Below are positions 30,869-41,956 of a stretch of 64,000 bases of DNA, piece by piece (position 1 is the first letter of the stretch; every line of letters begins with the position of its first letter). The DNA lies in NCBI GenBank assembly GCA_963665115.1, contig OY762007.1, positions 7,328,001-7,392,000 on the forward strand. The letters are read 5' to 3'. The position numbers were made by a program, and so were the translations under genes. This DNA is from an uncultured Rivularia sp. (lineage in GTDB: Bacteria > Cyanobacteriota > Cyanobacteriia > Cyanobacteriales > Nostocaceae). The notes beneath the pieces were generated by a model, which did not search any database, was not told the DNA's origin, and saw only the letters and a list, made by a program, of their open reading frames with translations.

Positions 30869-33046
30869 CTACGGTTGCGATTCCTCTGTTGCTGTCGGTG
30901 TTGGTGTTACTTTCGGCGTTGGTGTCGGTGTTGATGTTACTTTCGGCGTTGGTGTTGGTGTTGGCGTTGGTGTTGGTGTTGGTGTGGGGGTTGGCTCTGG
31001 TGTCGGCTCTGGGGTTGGTTCTAGAGTCGGTTCTGGTGTTGGTTCTGGTGTCGGCTTTGGAGGTGGTGCGGGGTTTTCCACATTTAAGCGCATCCGATAA
31101 TCTTGAGATTCGGTTGATGTAGAGACGATGACGAATTCGTAATATCCGTTTTCTCGCAGAGTTCCAGACCACGAGCGTCTTGTGGAATCTTCTAATAATA
31201 CTCTTTGACCGGAGGGTGAATATATGGAAAACAGTACTTTGGGAGAAGCTGTTAAGTTGACTTGCATTCTTTGATTTCTGCTTAACTGAGCGATGAAAAC
31301 TTTACCTTGTAAACTTGTAAAGCTACCGCTTCTGGTAACGGTTGTATCACCGTTTGCAAATCGCAGTTTCTCATAAGCGCTCTTTGCAAATACAGCATTT
31401 ACTTTGTCAAATACAAATCCATGCCACATTTGCCCTACGGGTTCGTTAAGAAATTTTTTACCTCTTTGCTCCGGGAATATTCTGTAAAATGGTGCGTCGG
31501 CTAAATCATATACCGAACGACTGCCGACGTTAATATTGTTGACTCGAACTTTCCAGCGATCGCGGTCTGAAGAGGTAAAGGTTCCGAGTTTGCGGCGTGC
31601 GTCAGAACTTAACTGGGACATATTGTTGAGCAATTTGCTTGCTGTTTCGTCCCATTGTGTGCGTAAGACTGCATCTTCAGGTTCATCGCTCAATGTGCGT
31701 CCTTCTAAACTAGGGTTTTTCTCCCAAAATATTTGATTAACTAGTTTTACATAGAAGTTACGGTCTATACCAAGTTGTTCGCGTCTTGCTTTGAGTCTTT
31801 CTTTGCGTTGCTTTTCTTCTGGGGAAAAACTTGAGGAGATTGTTGGATCGGAACCTGTGTTTGTAAATTGAGAAATAGCACCATAAGTTAAACCACCTAA
31901 AACAACCATTGCGAAAAATAGCATGGCAATTCTTGCGGGTGTCCACCAAGGTGTAGATTTTGGCTGAGATTCGGAAAAACCGGGTGAAGTGGTTTTTGGT
32001 TGAGGAGTTGGGGGAGGCGATTGTACGGCAGGTGCTACAGCAAAGGTTCGCTGTGTTACTTGTTGAGGTGGGTTATTGCTTGTCGGTGCTGGAGGGTTGA
32101 GGGCTTGTAAAACTTGATTGGCGCTTTGATAGCGTTCTCCTGGTATGGCAGATAGCATTTTATCTAACACCACTCCAAATTCCGGACTAACGTTAACGAA
32201 GTTTCGCCACTGCCATTGCAGGTTATAGTTATCAATTAGTTCTGCTGGCTGTTTGCCCGTAAGTAAAACCAATACCGTTGCAGCTAAAGCGTATAAATCG
32301 CTGTGGGGTTCTACCGAGCCAGTTTGCATTTGTTCTGCTGGAGCATAACCTATTTTCCCCAGTAAAGTTGGGATTGGGGTTGCTGGAGGGCTGCCGGGTG
32401 CGTAATATTGGGAAGCTACGGTTGCTACTACTTGTTTAACGCCGCCAAAGTCTATTAATACTGGTAACTGGTCAAATTTACGAAGAATTAAGTTATCTGG
32501 TGAAATATCGCGGTGAATTACACCCAAAGAATGAATATAATTTAATACTGGTAATATCTGCTGCAATAACTGCTTGACTTCGATTTCGCTAAATTTAATT
32601 CCTTGTTTTAAGCGATTATCCAGCAAGGAACGATAATTTTCTCCTTCTACATAATCTTGGACTAAAAATAAATATTCTTGATCGTTGATACTCAACCGCA
32701 AGAGTTCGCGAAAGCGAGGTATTTGGGGATGTTGCAGTTTATATAAAACGCTAGCTTCTCGTTCAAAAAGTTCTTCCGATTTTTGTAAAACGTATTCGGT
32801 TTGAACTTGGGGAGAAAATTCTTTTAAAACGCAGGGTTCGCGAAAACGGTTAATATCCTCTGCTAAATAAGTTTTGCCGAACCCCCCCTGTCCCAACTGA
32901 CGTACTACTATATAGCGATCGCTCAAAGTCATTCCCGGCTGGATACCTTGATTTACTGGTGTATCAACCAACATTTCGCCGCAGTGCAGACAAAAACGAC
33001 TACCGCGAGGATTTTCATGTCCTTTCGAGCAATTAAGGGATGTCAT
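30869..33046 (-). CDS. pknD: Ser/Thr protein kinase, PknD-like (Zn ribbon, kinase, TM, C-terminal domain, PT-rich tail)
   Basis: CSKGHEN..FCLHCG, LGQGGFG, HRDISPDN, DFG, PTPTPT tail; symbol inferred from the resemblance to the Anabaena pknA/pknD pair. Confidence 0.85.
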   Translation of the reverse strand: MTSLNCSKGHENPRGSRFCLHCGEMLVDTPVNQGIQPGMTLSDRYIVVRQLGQGGFGKTYLAEDINRFREPCVLKEFSPQVQTEYVLQKSEELFEREASVLYKLQHPQIPRFRELLRLSINDQEYLFLVQDYVEGENYRSLLDNRLKQGIKFSEIEVKQLLQQILPVLNYIHSLGVIHRDISPDNLILRKFDQLPVLIDFGGVKQVVATVASQYYAPGSPPATPIPTLLGKIGYAPAEQMQTGSVEPHSDLYALAATVLVLLTGKQPAELIDNYNLQWQWRNFVNVSPEFGVVLDKMLSAIPGERYQSANQVLQALNPPAPTSNNPPQQVTQRTFAVAPAVQSPPPTPQPKTTSPGFSESQPKSTPWWTPARIAMLFFAMVVLGGLTYGAISQFTNTGSDPTISSSFSPEEKQRKERLKARREQLGIDRNFYVKLVNQIFWEKNPSLEGRTLSDEPEDAVLRTQWDETASKLLNNMSQLSSDARRKLGTFTSSDRDRWKVRVNNINVGSRSVYDLADAPFYRIFPEQRGKKFLNEPVGQMWHGFVFDKVNAVFAKSAYEKLRFANGDTTVTRSGSFTSLQGKVFIAQLSRNQRMQVNLTASPKVLFSIYSPSGQRVLLEDSTRRSWSGTLRENGYYEFVIVSTSTESQDYRMRLNVENPAPPPKPTPEPTPEPTLEPTPEPTPEPTPTPTPTPTPTPTPTPKVTSTPTPTPKVTPTPTATEESQP

Positions 33047-33393
33047 GGGAGGGTATTGAGTTAGGAGTTAGGAGTTAGGAGTTAGGAGTTTTCTTAAGAG
33101 CGGGAAATTACATTGCCTGATGGATGAGGACAAGGACAGAAAATTTATAATAATTTATGCATGGTATAAACAAATATACTATTCAATCATTTAAATAGTT
33201 TTGAAGATAAGTTTAAGGCTTACCCACAAATAATGTAAAATCGGTCTGCTAAAACTGCCAAGCTTACTAATAAAGCTACAGTCGCGGTACCACAAATTTC
33301 GTCTAAATGCATAAATAGTAAACGCGGCTGTTTCGCGGAAAATAATAATTAACTGCCCGCATCCGATTACTAATAATTGTTAATTGATAATTG

Positions 33394-35133
33394 TTAATTT
33401 ACTCGTTTATTAACTTCCTCCGAAGCGAATGCATACCAAATTTGACCAAAAGTTTGCTGTTTAAGGTTCCCCTGTCTTTCTCCAGGAAATAATCGGTCAA
33501 ACTTACGGTTGGTATCTCTGTTTAAATCTTCGATAGTATAATTACTTAATTCTCCATCTCTTGCTTGCCGTTCCCAATTCGTATAATCTTGTCCGGTATA
33601 GCTTCCTAATTTTTGTCGAGTTTGCTTGCTGAGATTAGCTTTTTCTAACTTTTCGAGCAAGTCTTTAGCAACGCCGTACCACTTCTTCCTCAAAGCTTCG
33701 TCTTCCGCACTCCCAGTTAAAGTACGACCGCGAGCTTCTGGATTTTGAGTATAAAAAATTTCATTTGTGGTGCGGTTAAAAAATAATTCTGGAATTCCTA
33801 ACTGCTGACGCTGCCGGACAATTTTGCCAATATTGTTTGTTTCCTGACGGCTTAATCCTCCGTCGGAATCGTCATTAGTCGAACCAGGTAATTTAACTGA
33901 AGGTAATTGCGGTAAAGAAACAGTTGGAAGAGAAAATGAAGTCACGGCATTGATAACTCCACTAATTACTGCCCATGTACCCGCGAAAACCAAGATAACA
34001 ACGCTAGTACTTACCAAGCCCACGAAAAAAGGACGCAGCCAAATAGGTAAATGGATTGCACTCGCGAAAGCTTGGGTTTTGTTGTGAAATTGAGTTGCAA
34101 CCGCACCCGCACGTTTGCGCCCAGGAGCAACTACGGCTGTATGAATTTTACTAATATTAGGGTTTACAGGTTTAGAAGAAGTAAAAGCAGCAGTTGAAGC
34201 AGCAGTGGAAGACTGTAAATCGTTTAAAACTTGTTCGGCATTTTGGTATCTATCGTTAGGTTTATGAGCAACCATCTTCTTTAACGCCGCTTCAAAGTTG
34301 GCACTAACTTTGATTTTCTCTCCCCAACGCCATTTACCTTGATAACTATCATAAAGCTTTTGCGGTTCCTCTCCGGCAAGTAATACCAAAGCTGTCACCC
34401 CTAACGAATATAAATCGCTACTGTGATAGGCTTTCCCCTGACGCAACTGTTCTTCAGGTGCATAACCTTTTTTACCCAACAAAGTACGATTTACCGGGAG
34501 TTGAGTAAACCAAAAACCTTGAGAAGCTGGTAATTGCTTGACACCGCCAAAGTCAATCAATATTGGTAAATTATCAGTTGTACGTAAAATCAAATTATCC
34601 GGTGAGATATCGCGGTGAACCACATCTCTGGAATGGATATAATTCAAGACTGGCAAAATTTGTGTTAATAAATGAAATACTTCTGCTTCGCTAAAACATC
34701 GTCCTTCATCAAGACGTTTTTCTAATAAATCCTGATAATTTTCACCTTCAATATAATCTTGTACCAAAAAGAAAAAATCTTTATTGCGTAACTGTACCTG
34801 TAGCGAAAAATGTAAGCGGGGAATTTGCGGATGCTGAAGCTGTTTCAGCACGCTAGCTTCCCTTTCAAATAATTCCTTCGCTTTTTGTAAATCTTTATCC
34901 TCTTCAACTTGCGGTGCAAACTCCTTCAGCACGCACTTTTGATGAGAATGCTGCATATCTTCCGCTAAATAAGTACGTCCAAAACCTCCTTGACCAAGTT
35001 GACGTACAATTTTATAGCGATCGATAATCACCTCCCCAGAAGGAAGAGGCAAAGGTTCGCCGCATATAGTACAAAAGCGGTTATGTGAAGAGTTAACGTG
35101 ATTTCTAGTGCAATAAACCTGCATGATGCCCAA
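33394..35133 (-). CDS. pknA: Ser/Thr protein kinase, PknA-like
   Basis: CTRNH..FCTICG, LGQGGFG, HRDISPDN, DFG, TM; C-terminal domain paralogous to that of the neighbour; symbol tentative. Confidence 0.85.
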   Translation of the reverse strand: MGIMQVYCTRNHVNSSHNRFCTICGEPLPLPSGEVIIDRYKIVRQLGQGGFGRTYLAEDMQHSHQKCVLKEFAPQVEEDKDLQKAKELFEREASVLKQLQHPQIPRLHFSLQVQLRNKDFFFLVQDYIEGENYQDLLEKRLDEGRCFSEAEVFHLLTQILPVLNYIHSRDVVHRDISPDNLILRTTDNLPILIDFGGVKQLPASQGFWFTQLPVNRTLLGKKGYAPEEQLRQGKAYHSSDLYSLGVTALVLLAGEEPQKLYDSYQGKWRWGEKIKVSANFEAALKKMVAHKPNDRYQNAEQVLNDLQSSTAASTAAFTSSKPVNPNISKIHTAVVAPGRKRAGAVATQFHNKTQAFASAIHLPIWLRPFFVGLVSTSVVILVFAGTWAVISGVINAVTSFSLPTVSLPQLPSVKLPGSTNDDSDGGLSRQETNNIGKIVRQRQQLGIPELFFNRTTNEIFYTQNPEARGRTLTGSAEDEALRKKWYGVAKDLLEKLEKANLSKQTRQKLGSYTGQDYTNWERQARDGELSNYTIEDLNRDTNRKFDRLFPGERQGNLKQQTFGQIWYAFASEEVNKRVN

Positions 35134-35420
35134 AATTGAAAGGGTTTTTGCTAATAACTACAAAGTCGCAAACAGAATTTACGTATAATTTCCAGGAATA
35201 GGAATTGGGCATGGGGCATAGGGAATAGTTGAAAGTTAGGAGTTATGAGTTAGGAGTCAAATAATTTTATATTTTAGATTAGCAGTTAGCAGGTAAGAGA
35301 TTGTTGAAGTTGGAATTTATTTACTAAGAATTTATCAATGCCCAATGCCCAATGCCCAATTCCCAATTCTCATCTAATAACTGGTTATAATAATCTGTTT
35401 TTTCGACTGCAACAAGCCTT

Positions 35421-36960
35421 ATGAACTACCAACAGCAAAGTCAACGTGCAATCAAGGGATTTGAGAATTTCTTACATACTCCTCTCGATACTTTATTACA
35501 ACAGCACCTGAATAAAAATCCTGCTGGGGAAATAATCAAGTTATTTGAGGATGTGGCGGCAAATGTACCGGCTTATCAAGCTTTTTTGACTCAACAGCAA
35601 ATTAATCCTAATGATATTCAAAATTTTGATGATTTTCAAAAATTACCAACCCTTACTAAGGATAACTACCTTAAATGTTATTCTTTAGCTGATTTCTGCC
35701 GTCAAGGAAAAATCGAAAGCTGCGATATGATAGCGGCTTCATCTGGCTCTACAGGTAAACCCACTTTCTGGCTGCGTTTCTTTACGGATGAGTTGGCGAT
35801 CGCCACTCGATTTGAGCAGATATTTTACGATAGCTTTTTTGCTGACACAAAACCGACTTTAGCTGTTATTTGCTTTGCTTTGGGAACTTGGGTTGGGGGA
35901 ATGTTCACTACTAATTGCTGTCGCTATCTTTCTAGTAAAGGTTATCCCGTTACCGTCATCTCTCCAGGTACGAATAAAGCTGAAATTTTGCGGGTAATAG
36001 AAGAATTAAGTCCTAATTTTGAGCAAACTGTTTTATTAGGATACCCGCCTTTTCTGAAAGATGTAGTTGATACGGCTATTTCTCAAGATATTAAATTAAA
36101 GCCACACAATCTTAAGTTTGTCATGGCTGGAGAGGTATTTAGTGAAGAATGGCGAAATTTAGTTGGGGAAAGAGTTGGTTCCCAAAATCCCTGTTATGAT
36201 TTTGCATCGCTTTACGGTACCGCTGATGCGGGAGTTTTGGGAAATGAAACGCCGTTGAGTATCTGCATTCGTCAGTTTTTGGCTCAAAACCCTGAAGCTG
36301 CGCGTAATTTATTTGGAGAGTCGCGCTTACCAACTTTAGTTCAGTATGACCCAATGAATCGCTTTTTTGAAGTTATACCAAATTCTTCTAATTCCGATAA
36401 ACAAGGTATTTCCAGAGGTACTTTGTTATTCTCTGGAGACAATGGAATTCCCTTGATACGCTACAACATTTTAGATAACGGGGGAATAATTACTTATGAT
36501 GCAATGCTTCAGTTTCTATCTGAATATGGATTCAATCCGTTAGAAGCATTATCTAATAACAGAGGAATTCGTAATTTACCTTTCGTTTTTGTATTTGGAC
36601 GTTCTAATTTTACGATTTCCTATTTTGGCGCGAATATCTACCCAGAAAATATCAAAGTCGGTTTAGAACAACCTGTAATCAGAGATTGGGTAACGGGTAA
36701 ATTCGTGATGCAAATACAAGAAGATGCAGATAAAAATAATTTCGTATCTATAGTTGTAGAATTAGCACCTGAAGTTGAAGCAAGCGTTGAGAAAAAACAA
36801 ACTGTAGCGGATTCTATTCTGACTCAACTAACACGCCTTAATAGTGAATTTGCAAATTACGTTCCCCCAGAATATCAAACACCGCGAGTGGAATTATTAC
36901 CAATGGGAGAAACCGGAGTATTTTCCTCAAGGCGTGAAGCATCGTTATACAAAGAATTAG
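35421..36960 (+). CDS. Phenylacetate-CoA ligase (PaaK)-family adenylate-forming enzyme; apparent +1 indel at ~36911
   Basis: SSGSTGKP, YGTADAG, PLIRYNILD, GANIYP; corrected end PMGEPEYFPQGVKHRYTKN* with stop at 36958-36960. Confidence 0.85.
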
Positions 36961-37087
36961 GGAGATGGGGAGATGGGGAGATGGGGAGATGGGGAGAGAA
37001 TTCTTAGCTACTCTCTACTCTCTATTCTTAGCTCCTAACTATTTACAATGCCCCATGCCCCATGCCCCATGCCCCATGCCCAACTTT

Positions 37088-37996
37088 TTACAAGTCAGGA
37101 GGCAAAATCACGTTATCGATGACGTGAATCACGCCATTGCTAGCTTTGATGTCAGGCTGAACTACGGTAGCGTCATTGACCTGTACCCCTGTAGCTGGGT
37201 CAACTTTCACGCTTATTGGTCCACCTTCAACGCTTTTGACTTCACCAGATTTTAAATCGGTGGAGAGTACTGTACCCGGTACTACGTGATAAGACAGAAT
37301 CTTGACCAATACTTCTTTGTTTTCTGGCTTCAGCAAATCTTGTACCGCGTCTTGTGGCAATTTTGCAAATGCCGCATCGCTGGGCGCAAAAACTGTAAAA
37401 GGACCATTTCCTTTTAAAGTATCTACCAATCCTGCTGCTTGCAAAGCCTTTGTCAGCATTGTAAACGAAGGATTTGACTGGGCAATACTTATAATATCTT
37501 GATTCCCAGTTTCTGCTGATGGTTCGGTTGTTTCTGTTTCCGCACCCGGTACTGTTATCGGAGGTGCAGTTGGAACTTCCGTTCCCGGTAGTGGAGGTAC
37601 GGTACCCGGAACTGGTGCTGGCACTACGGTTGGGGATGGTACCGTTGATGGTGGTAATGGTGCGGGTGCTGTTGATGGCGTTGTATTTCCACAAGCCGCA
37701 CGGTTGTAAGGACACTCATCGAGAATACTTGGTCTGGGATTAAGCGCTCCACCGCCTTGCGCTAATAAAGTTTTATTTGGTTTGTCGCTCTTTTGCGTCC
37801 GTATAACGGATAAATTACTGTTATTGGTAGTTACCGGAACGGTTTGACTACGGTTATAGGGAGATTCTGTAAAAACACTGGGGTCTTGTTTAAGCGCGTT
37901 GTTCGCTTTCACTGGCAAACCCACTAGTAAGCCGATGCTTGTCACTCCCACTATGCCAGTTAATTTAGTCAGCAAATTGCTGTAGTATACTTTCAT
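37088..37996 (-). CDS. Fasciclin (FAS1) domain secreted protein
   Basis: GPFTVFAPSDAAF, ILSYHVV, SNGVIHVIDNVILP; Pro-rich linker. Confidence 0.93.
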   Translation of the reverse strand: MKVYYSNLLTKLTGIVGVTSIGLLVGLPVKANNALKQDPSVFTESPYNRSQTVPVTTNNSNLSVIRTQKSDKPNKTLLAQGGGALNPRPSILDECPYNRAACGNTTPSTAPAPLPPSTVPSPTVVPAPVPGTVPPLPGTEVPTAPPITVPGAETETTEPSAETGNQDIISIAQSNPSFTMLTKALQAAGLVDTLKGNGPFTVFAPSDAAFAKLPQDAVQDLLKPENKEVLVKILSYHVVPGTVLSTDLKSGEVKSVEGGPISVKVDPATGVQVNDATVVQPDIKASNGVIHVIDNVILPPDL

Positions 37997-38710
37997 AACA
38001 ATTTTATCTGGCTTTTATTCCACACTCTACATTAAAAACTTATACCATTTTCTTAAGCAAAAAATCTAACTCGCAGAATCGGATTTTTATTGCTTTATGG
38101 CAATATTGGTGATACCCTATTCATCAAAAAAAAGTTTAATTTACTTTATTAATAGGGGCATCAACATTATTTAGTAGCAATGACTTTCAATTCACGTCCA
38201 TAGTTCCGTGATGGCTCTTTGTAATTATTGTATCACAAACAATATATATCTAGATTTTTATTGTATTAGCTCATGTTTGTGTAAGTGAAATCTAAATAAA
38301 CTAGATATATTTAATTTACTGCGATAGGAAAAGTTTTATTTATCGATTTTTTTTGGATAAATAGCTTTGATGGCAATGCCTAAACTTATTGTAGTACGAG
38401 TATTTCAGCTATGTATACCTCCATATTCTGTTGAACGAGCGTTATTAAGAAATAGTTAACTATCCTGCGTCTTACAATCATATTTTTAAGCAGAAGATTT
38501 GAATAAAAATCGTCCAATTATCTACGTACAAATGGTTCTGCTTGAAAATAAAATAGTCCTTTAATTTAAGCATTCTGCAATTTATCGCTCTACAGACATA
38601 ATCCGTAAGTAATAGAATTTTTCACTTACAACTTGAAAATATTATTAACAAAAATAAAGTTGTAGAATTTATAAGTCAACATAGGTCAAGAAATTACCAG
38701 TAAACTTATT

Positions 38711-39505
38711 ATGTTAGAACTGTACCAATTTGAACTTTCCCAATACTCAGAAAAGGTGCGTTTGATTCTAGATTATAAAGGTCTGGAATACCGCAAAATA
38801 GAGGTAACACCTGGAATCGGGCAGGTTGAATTATTTCAAAAAACAGGGCAGCGTCAAGTACCCGTACTCAAAGACGGCAGTAAATATATTGCGGATTCTA
38901 CTGAAATAGCTAAGTATATAGATGCACAGTATCCCGAACGTCCCTTGATGCCGCAAGACCCCAAAACTCGGGGTTTATGCTTAATGATGGAAGAATGGGC
39001 GGATGAATCCATCGGTACTAAAAGTAGAAAAGCTTTATTCTCTGCCATTAGTAAAGACCAGTATTTCCGCAAGTCTTTGCTACCCAATTCAGCACCAGAT
39101 GTACTGAAAACCCTAATAGAAGGGGTTCCGGGTGATGTATTAAAAGTATTAGGTGTCGGAGTAGGTTACAGTCCCGATGCGGTAAAAGATGCGATGAGGG
39201 ATTTAAAGCAAGATTTAGAAGCTTTAACCTTGATATTAGAAAGTAGTCCTTATTTGTTAGGAGATGAACCCTGTTTCGCTGATTTTGCGGTAGCGGGTTT
39301 ATCTATATTGTTGAAGTTCCCAGATGGCGCTTATCTAGATTTACCACAAACAATTAAAGGTAAAGGAGTGCCGGGTTTAGCAGACAATCCGATTTACCAA
39401 CCATTCTTTGACTGGCGCGATAGACTTTACGTTCAATTCCGCAAACCAATAATCGGCTCCACTATGAACAGCCCCGGTGCGCCGACATCGATCCAGATCG
39501 ATTAA
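38711..39505 (+). CDS. Glutathione S-transferase family protein
   Basis: SQYSEKVR, QVPVL, DSTEIA, YLLGDEPCFAD. Confidence 0.9.
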   Translation: MLELYQFELSQYSEKVRLILDYKGLEYRKIEVTPGIGQVELFQKTGQRQVPVLKDGSKYIADSTEIAKYIDAQYPERPLMPQDPKTRGLCLMMEEWADESIGTKSRKALFSAISKDQYFRKSLLPNSAPDVLKTLIEGVPGDVLKVLGVGVGYSPDAVKDAMRDLKQDLEALTLILESSPYLLGDEPCFADFAVAGLSILLKFPDGAYLDLPQTIKGKGVPGLADNPIYQPFFDWRDRLYVQFRKPIIGSTMNSPGAPTSIQID

Positions 39506-39815
39506 GTAGTAATTGGGGATTGGGGATTGGGAATTGGGAATTGGGCATGGAGAATTGGGGATTGGGCATGGGGGACAAGGAGACAAGAGGAAGATAATTC
39601 TTATTCACTACTAATTCCTAATTTCTCGTTTTTTAAATTCCTAATTCCTAATTACCAACTTTTTACTCTTAACTATTCCCAATCCCCTATTCTCAATCCC
39701 CCATGCCCAATTCTCTATTTAATTATTAAAATTTGTTCGCATATTTGTTCGCATAATTTATACAGTAGAATTAAAATTCTTTTAAGAAGAACGAATAAAA
39801 TTATGCGTTGATTAT

Positions 39816-41552
39816 ATGAATTCTATTAGTAGACAACCATTAGGTTCGGTTATTCAAGGTTCTTTAACTGGGGGATTAGAAGTTAGACTGCATCCCGATA
39901 TTTTGGTTGAAGATATGCGGGTGGGTAAGTTTCTGGTTGTTCAAGGGGTGCGATCGCGATTTTTCTGTATGCTGACGGATGTGGCTTTGGGAATAGCCAA
40001 CCAAAGGATTGTGGCTTATCCTCCAAGTTGGGAAGATACTTTTATGCGCGATATTTTGGCAGGAAGCGGTACTTACGGTACTATCAATCTCGCGCCGATG
40101 TTAATGTTTACTCCCGAATCGAATGAATCGGATTCTAATCCAAACCCCAAGTCTGCAAAATTGAAAGAAGCTGTAAATACCAGTTTAGCATCGTTTCAAG
40201 CGCAAACTAGTACTACGATGGAGTTACTGCCAGTTAAAACGATTCCAAGTCATTTTAGCCAAGTTTACGAAGCTTCCCAAGATGACTTTCGTCGAGTATT
40301 TGGTTGGGAAGACGATCCACAAAGGAAGAATTTTTCCATTGGTAAACCTTTGGATATGGATGTACCCGTTTGCATCGATTTAAATAAGTTTGTGGAAAGA
40401 AGTAATGGCGTTTTTGGTAAATCTGGTACGGGTAAATCCTTTTTAACGCGCTTACTTTTAGCTGGGACAATTAAGAAAAATGCTGCGGTAAATTTAATTT
40501 TTGATATGCACTCGGAATACGGTTGGGAAGCGGTTTCCGAAGGTAAGAATTTAAGTACTGTTAAAGGTTTAAAGCAGTTATTTCCCAGTAAAATAGAAGT
40601 GTATACTCTCGATCCGGAATCTACAAAACGTCGTGGAGTACCTCACGCTCAAGACCTTTATTTAAGCTACGACCAAATCGAAGTAGAAGATATTAAGTTA
40701 TGTTCTCGTGAATTAGGGCTTTCCGACGCGAGTATTGATAATGCCAATATTCTTCATGCTGAATTTGGTAAATCTTGGATTGTTCAGCTTTTGAACATGA
40801 CAAACGAAGAAATCAAAATGTTTTGCGAAGAAAAGCGGGGACACCAAGGTTCAATTACCGCATTACAGCGCAAACTATTGCGGATGGACAATATGAAGTA
40901 TATGCGTGCTGCTTGCCCGCACAATTATATTACTCAAATCATGCGAGCGCTCGAAGTGGGGAAAAATGTTGTAGTAGAATTCGGTTCTCAATCGGATATG
41001 CTTTCTTATATGTTGGTGACAAACATGATTACTCGCCGCATTCACCAACAATATGTTCGTAAAGCAGAGAAGTTTTTGCAAACCAAAAATCCCGTTGATA
41101 AACCATTACAGTTAATGATTACAATCGAGGAAGCACACCGTTTCCTTGACTCGGCGATAGTGCAAAGTACGATTTTTGGTACCATCGCTCGTGAAATGCG
41201 GAAATATTTCGTAACTTTATTAGTAGTAGACCAAAGACCTTCAGGGATAGATAATGAAGTCATGTCCCAAGTTGGAACCCGCATCACAGCTTTGCTCAAT
41301 GACGAAAAAGACATCGACGCGATTTTTACAGGTGTTTCCGGTGCTGGAGGCTTAAAATCGGTGTTAGCAAAATTAGATTCCAAACAACAAGCATTAATTT
41401 TAGGTCATGCCGTTCCCATGCCAGTAGTAGTGCGTACCCGCCCTTACGATGCAGCATTCTACCAAGAAATTGGCGACCCAGAATGGGAAAGCAAACCAGA
41501 CGAAGAAGTTTTCGCAGCAGCAGAGTTAGCAAAAGCAGATTTAGGGTTTTAG
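39816..41552 (+). CDS. HerA/DUF87-family ATPase with N-terminal HAS barrel
   Basis: GKSGTGKS, FDMHSEY, IEEAHRF, AREMRK, DQRP. Confidence 0.9.
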   Translation: MNSISRQPLGSVIQGSLTGGLEVRLHPDILVEDMRVGKFLVVQGVRSRFFCMLTDVALGIANQRIVAYPPSWEDTFMRDILAGSGTYGTINLAPMLMFTPESNESDSNPNPKSAKLKEAVNTSLASFQAQTSTTMELLPVKTIPSHFSQVYEASQDDFRRVFGWEDDPQRKNFSIGKPLDMDVPVCIDLNKFVERSNGVFGKSGTGKSFLTRLLLAGTIKKNAAVNLIFDMHSEYGWEAVSEGKNLSTVKGLKQLFPSKIEVYTLDPESTKRRGVPHAQDLYLSYDQIEVEDIKLCSRELGLSDASIDNANILHAEFGKSWIVQLLNMTNEEIKMFCEEKRGHQGSITALQRKLLRMDNMKYMRAACPHNYITQIMRALEVGKNVVVEFGSQSDMLSYMLVTNMITRRIHQQYVRKAEKFLQTKNPVDKPLQLMITIEEAHRFLDSAIVQSTIFGTIAREMRKYFVTLLVVDQRPSGIDNEVMSQVGTRITALLNDEKDIDAIFTGVSGAGGLKSVLAKLDSKQQALILGHAVPMPVVVRTRPYDAAFYQEIGDPEWESKPDEEVFAAAELAKADLGF

Positions 41553-41701
41553 TCAGTTAACAGTGAGCAGTGAGCAGTTAACAGTTAACAGTTACCAATT
41601 ACTATTTATAACTCTTAACTCCTAACTCTTAATTCCTAACTCCTAAGCAGAATTAGCAAAAGCAGATTTGGGGTTTTACTCAGTTATCAGTTACCAGTGA
41701 G
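41520..41701 (+). repeat. ~55-bp imperfect direct repeat of the herA-like 3' end (41520-41574 and 41647-41701)
   Basis: gcagagttagcaaaagcagatttagggttttagtcagttaacagtgagcagtgag vs gcagaattagcaaaagcagatttggggttttactcagttatcagttaccagtgag. Confidence 0.85.
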
Positions 41702-41956
41702 AATATCGATGCTAAATTAACAATCTAAAACTAAAAGTCATGTAGGGAAGCTATTTTTGCAACAATATGAACATAAAACCTAATAATCGTTTATTTTTAA
41801 GTAGACGTTGTGAATGATAACGTCTTCTATTATGAATTGATAATTACGTAACCAATTAATTATAAGAATTATTTATTCCCTCTTTGTGAGGATAGACTCT
41901 AAAGAAGTTGGAAATTTATTATGCTTATATAGTAAAATTATAAGGGGTGTAGATAA

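Noticed and set aside
30798..31172. Hydrophobic and Thr/Asn-rich ORFs overlapping the kinase 3' end
   Set aside because: Alternate frames of the PT-repeat tail
39816..41552. HerA-like ATPase as an anti-phage system
   Set aside because: No SIR2, nuclease or other defence partner adjacent; looks like the housekeeping cyanobacterial HerA
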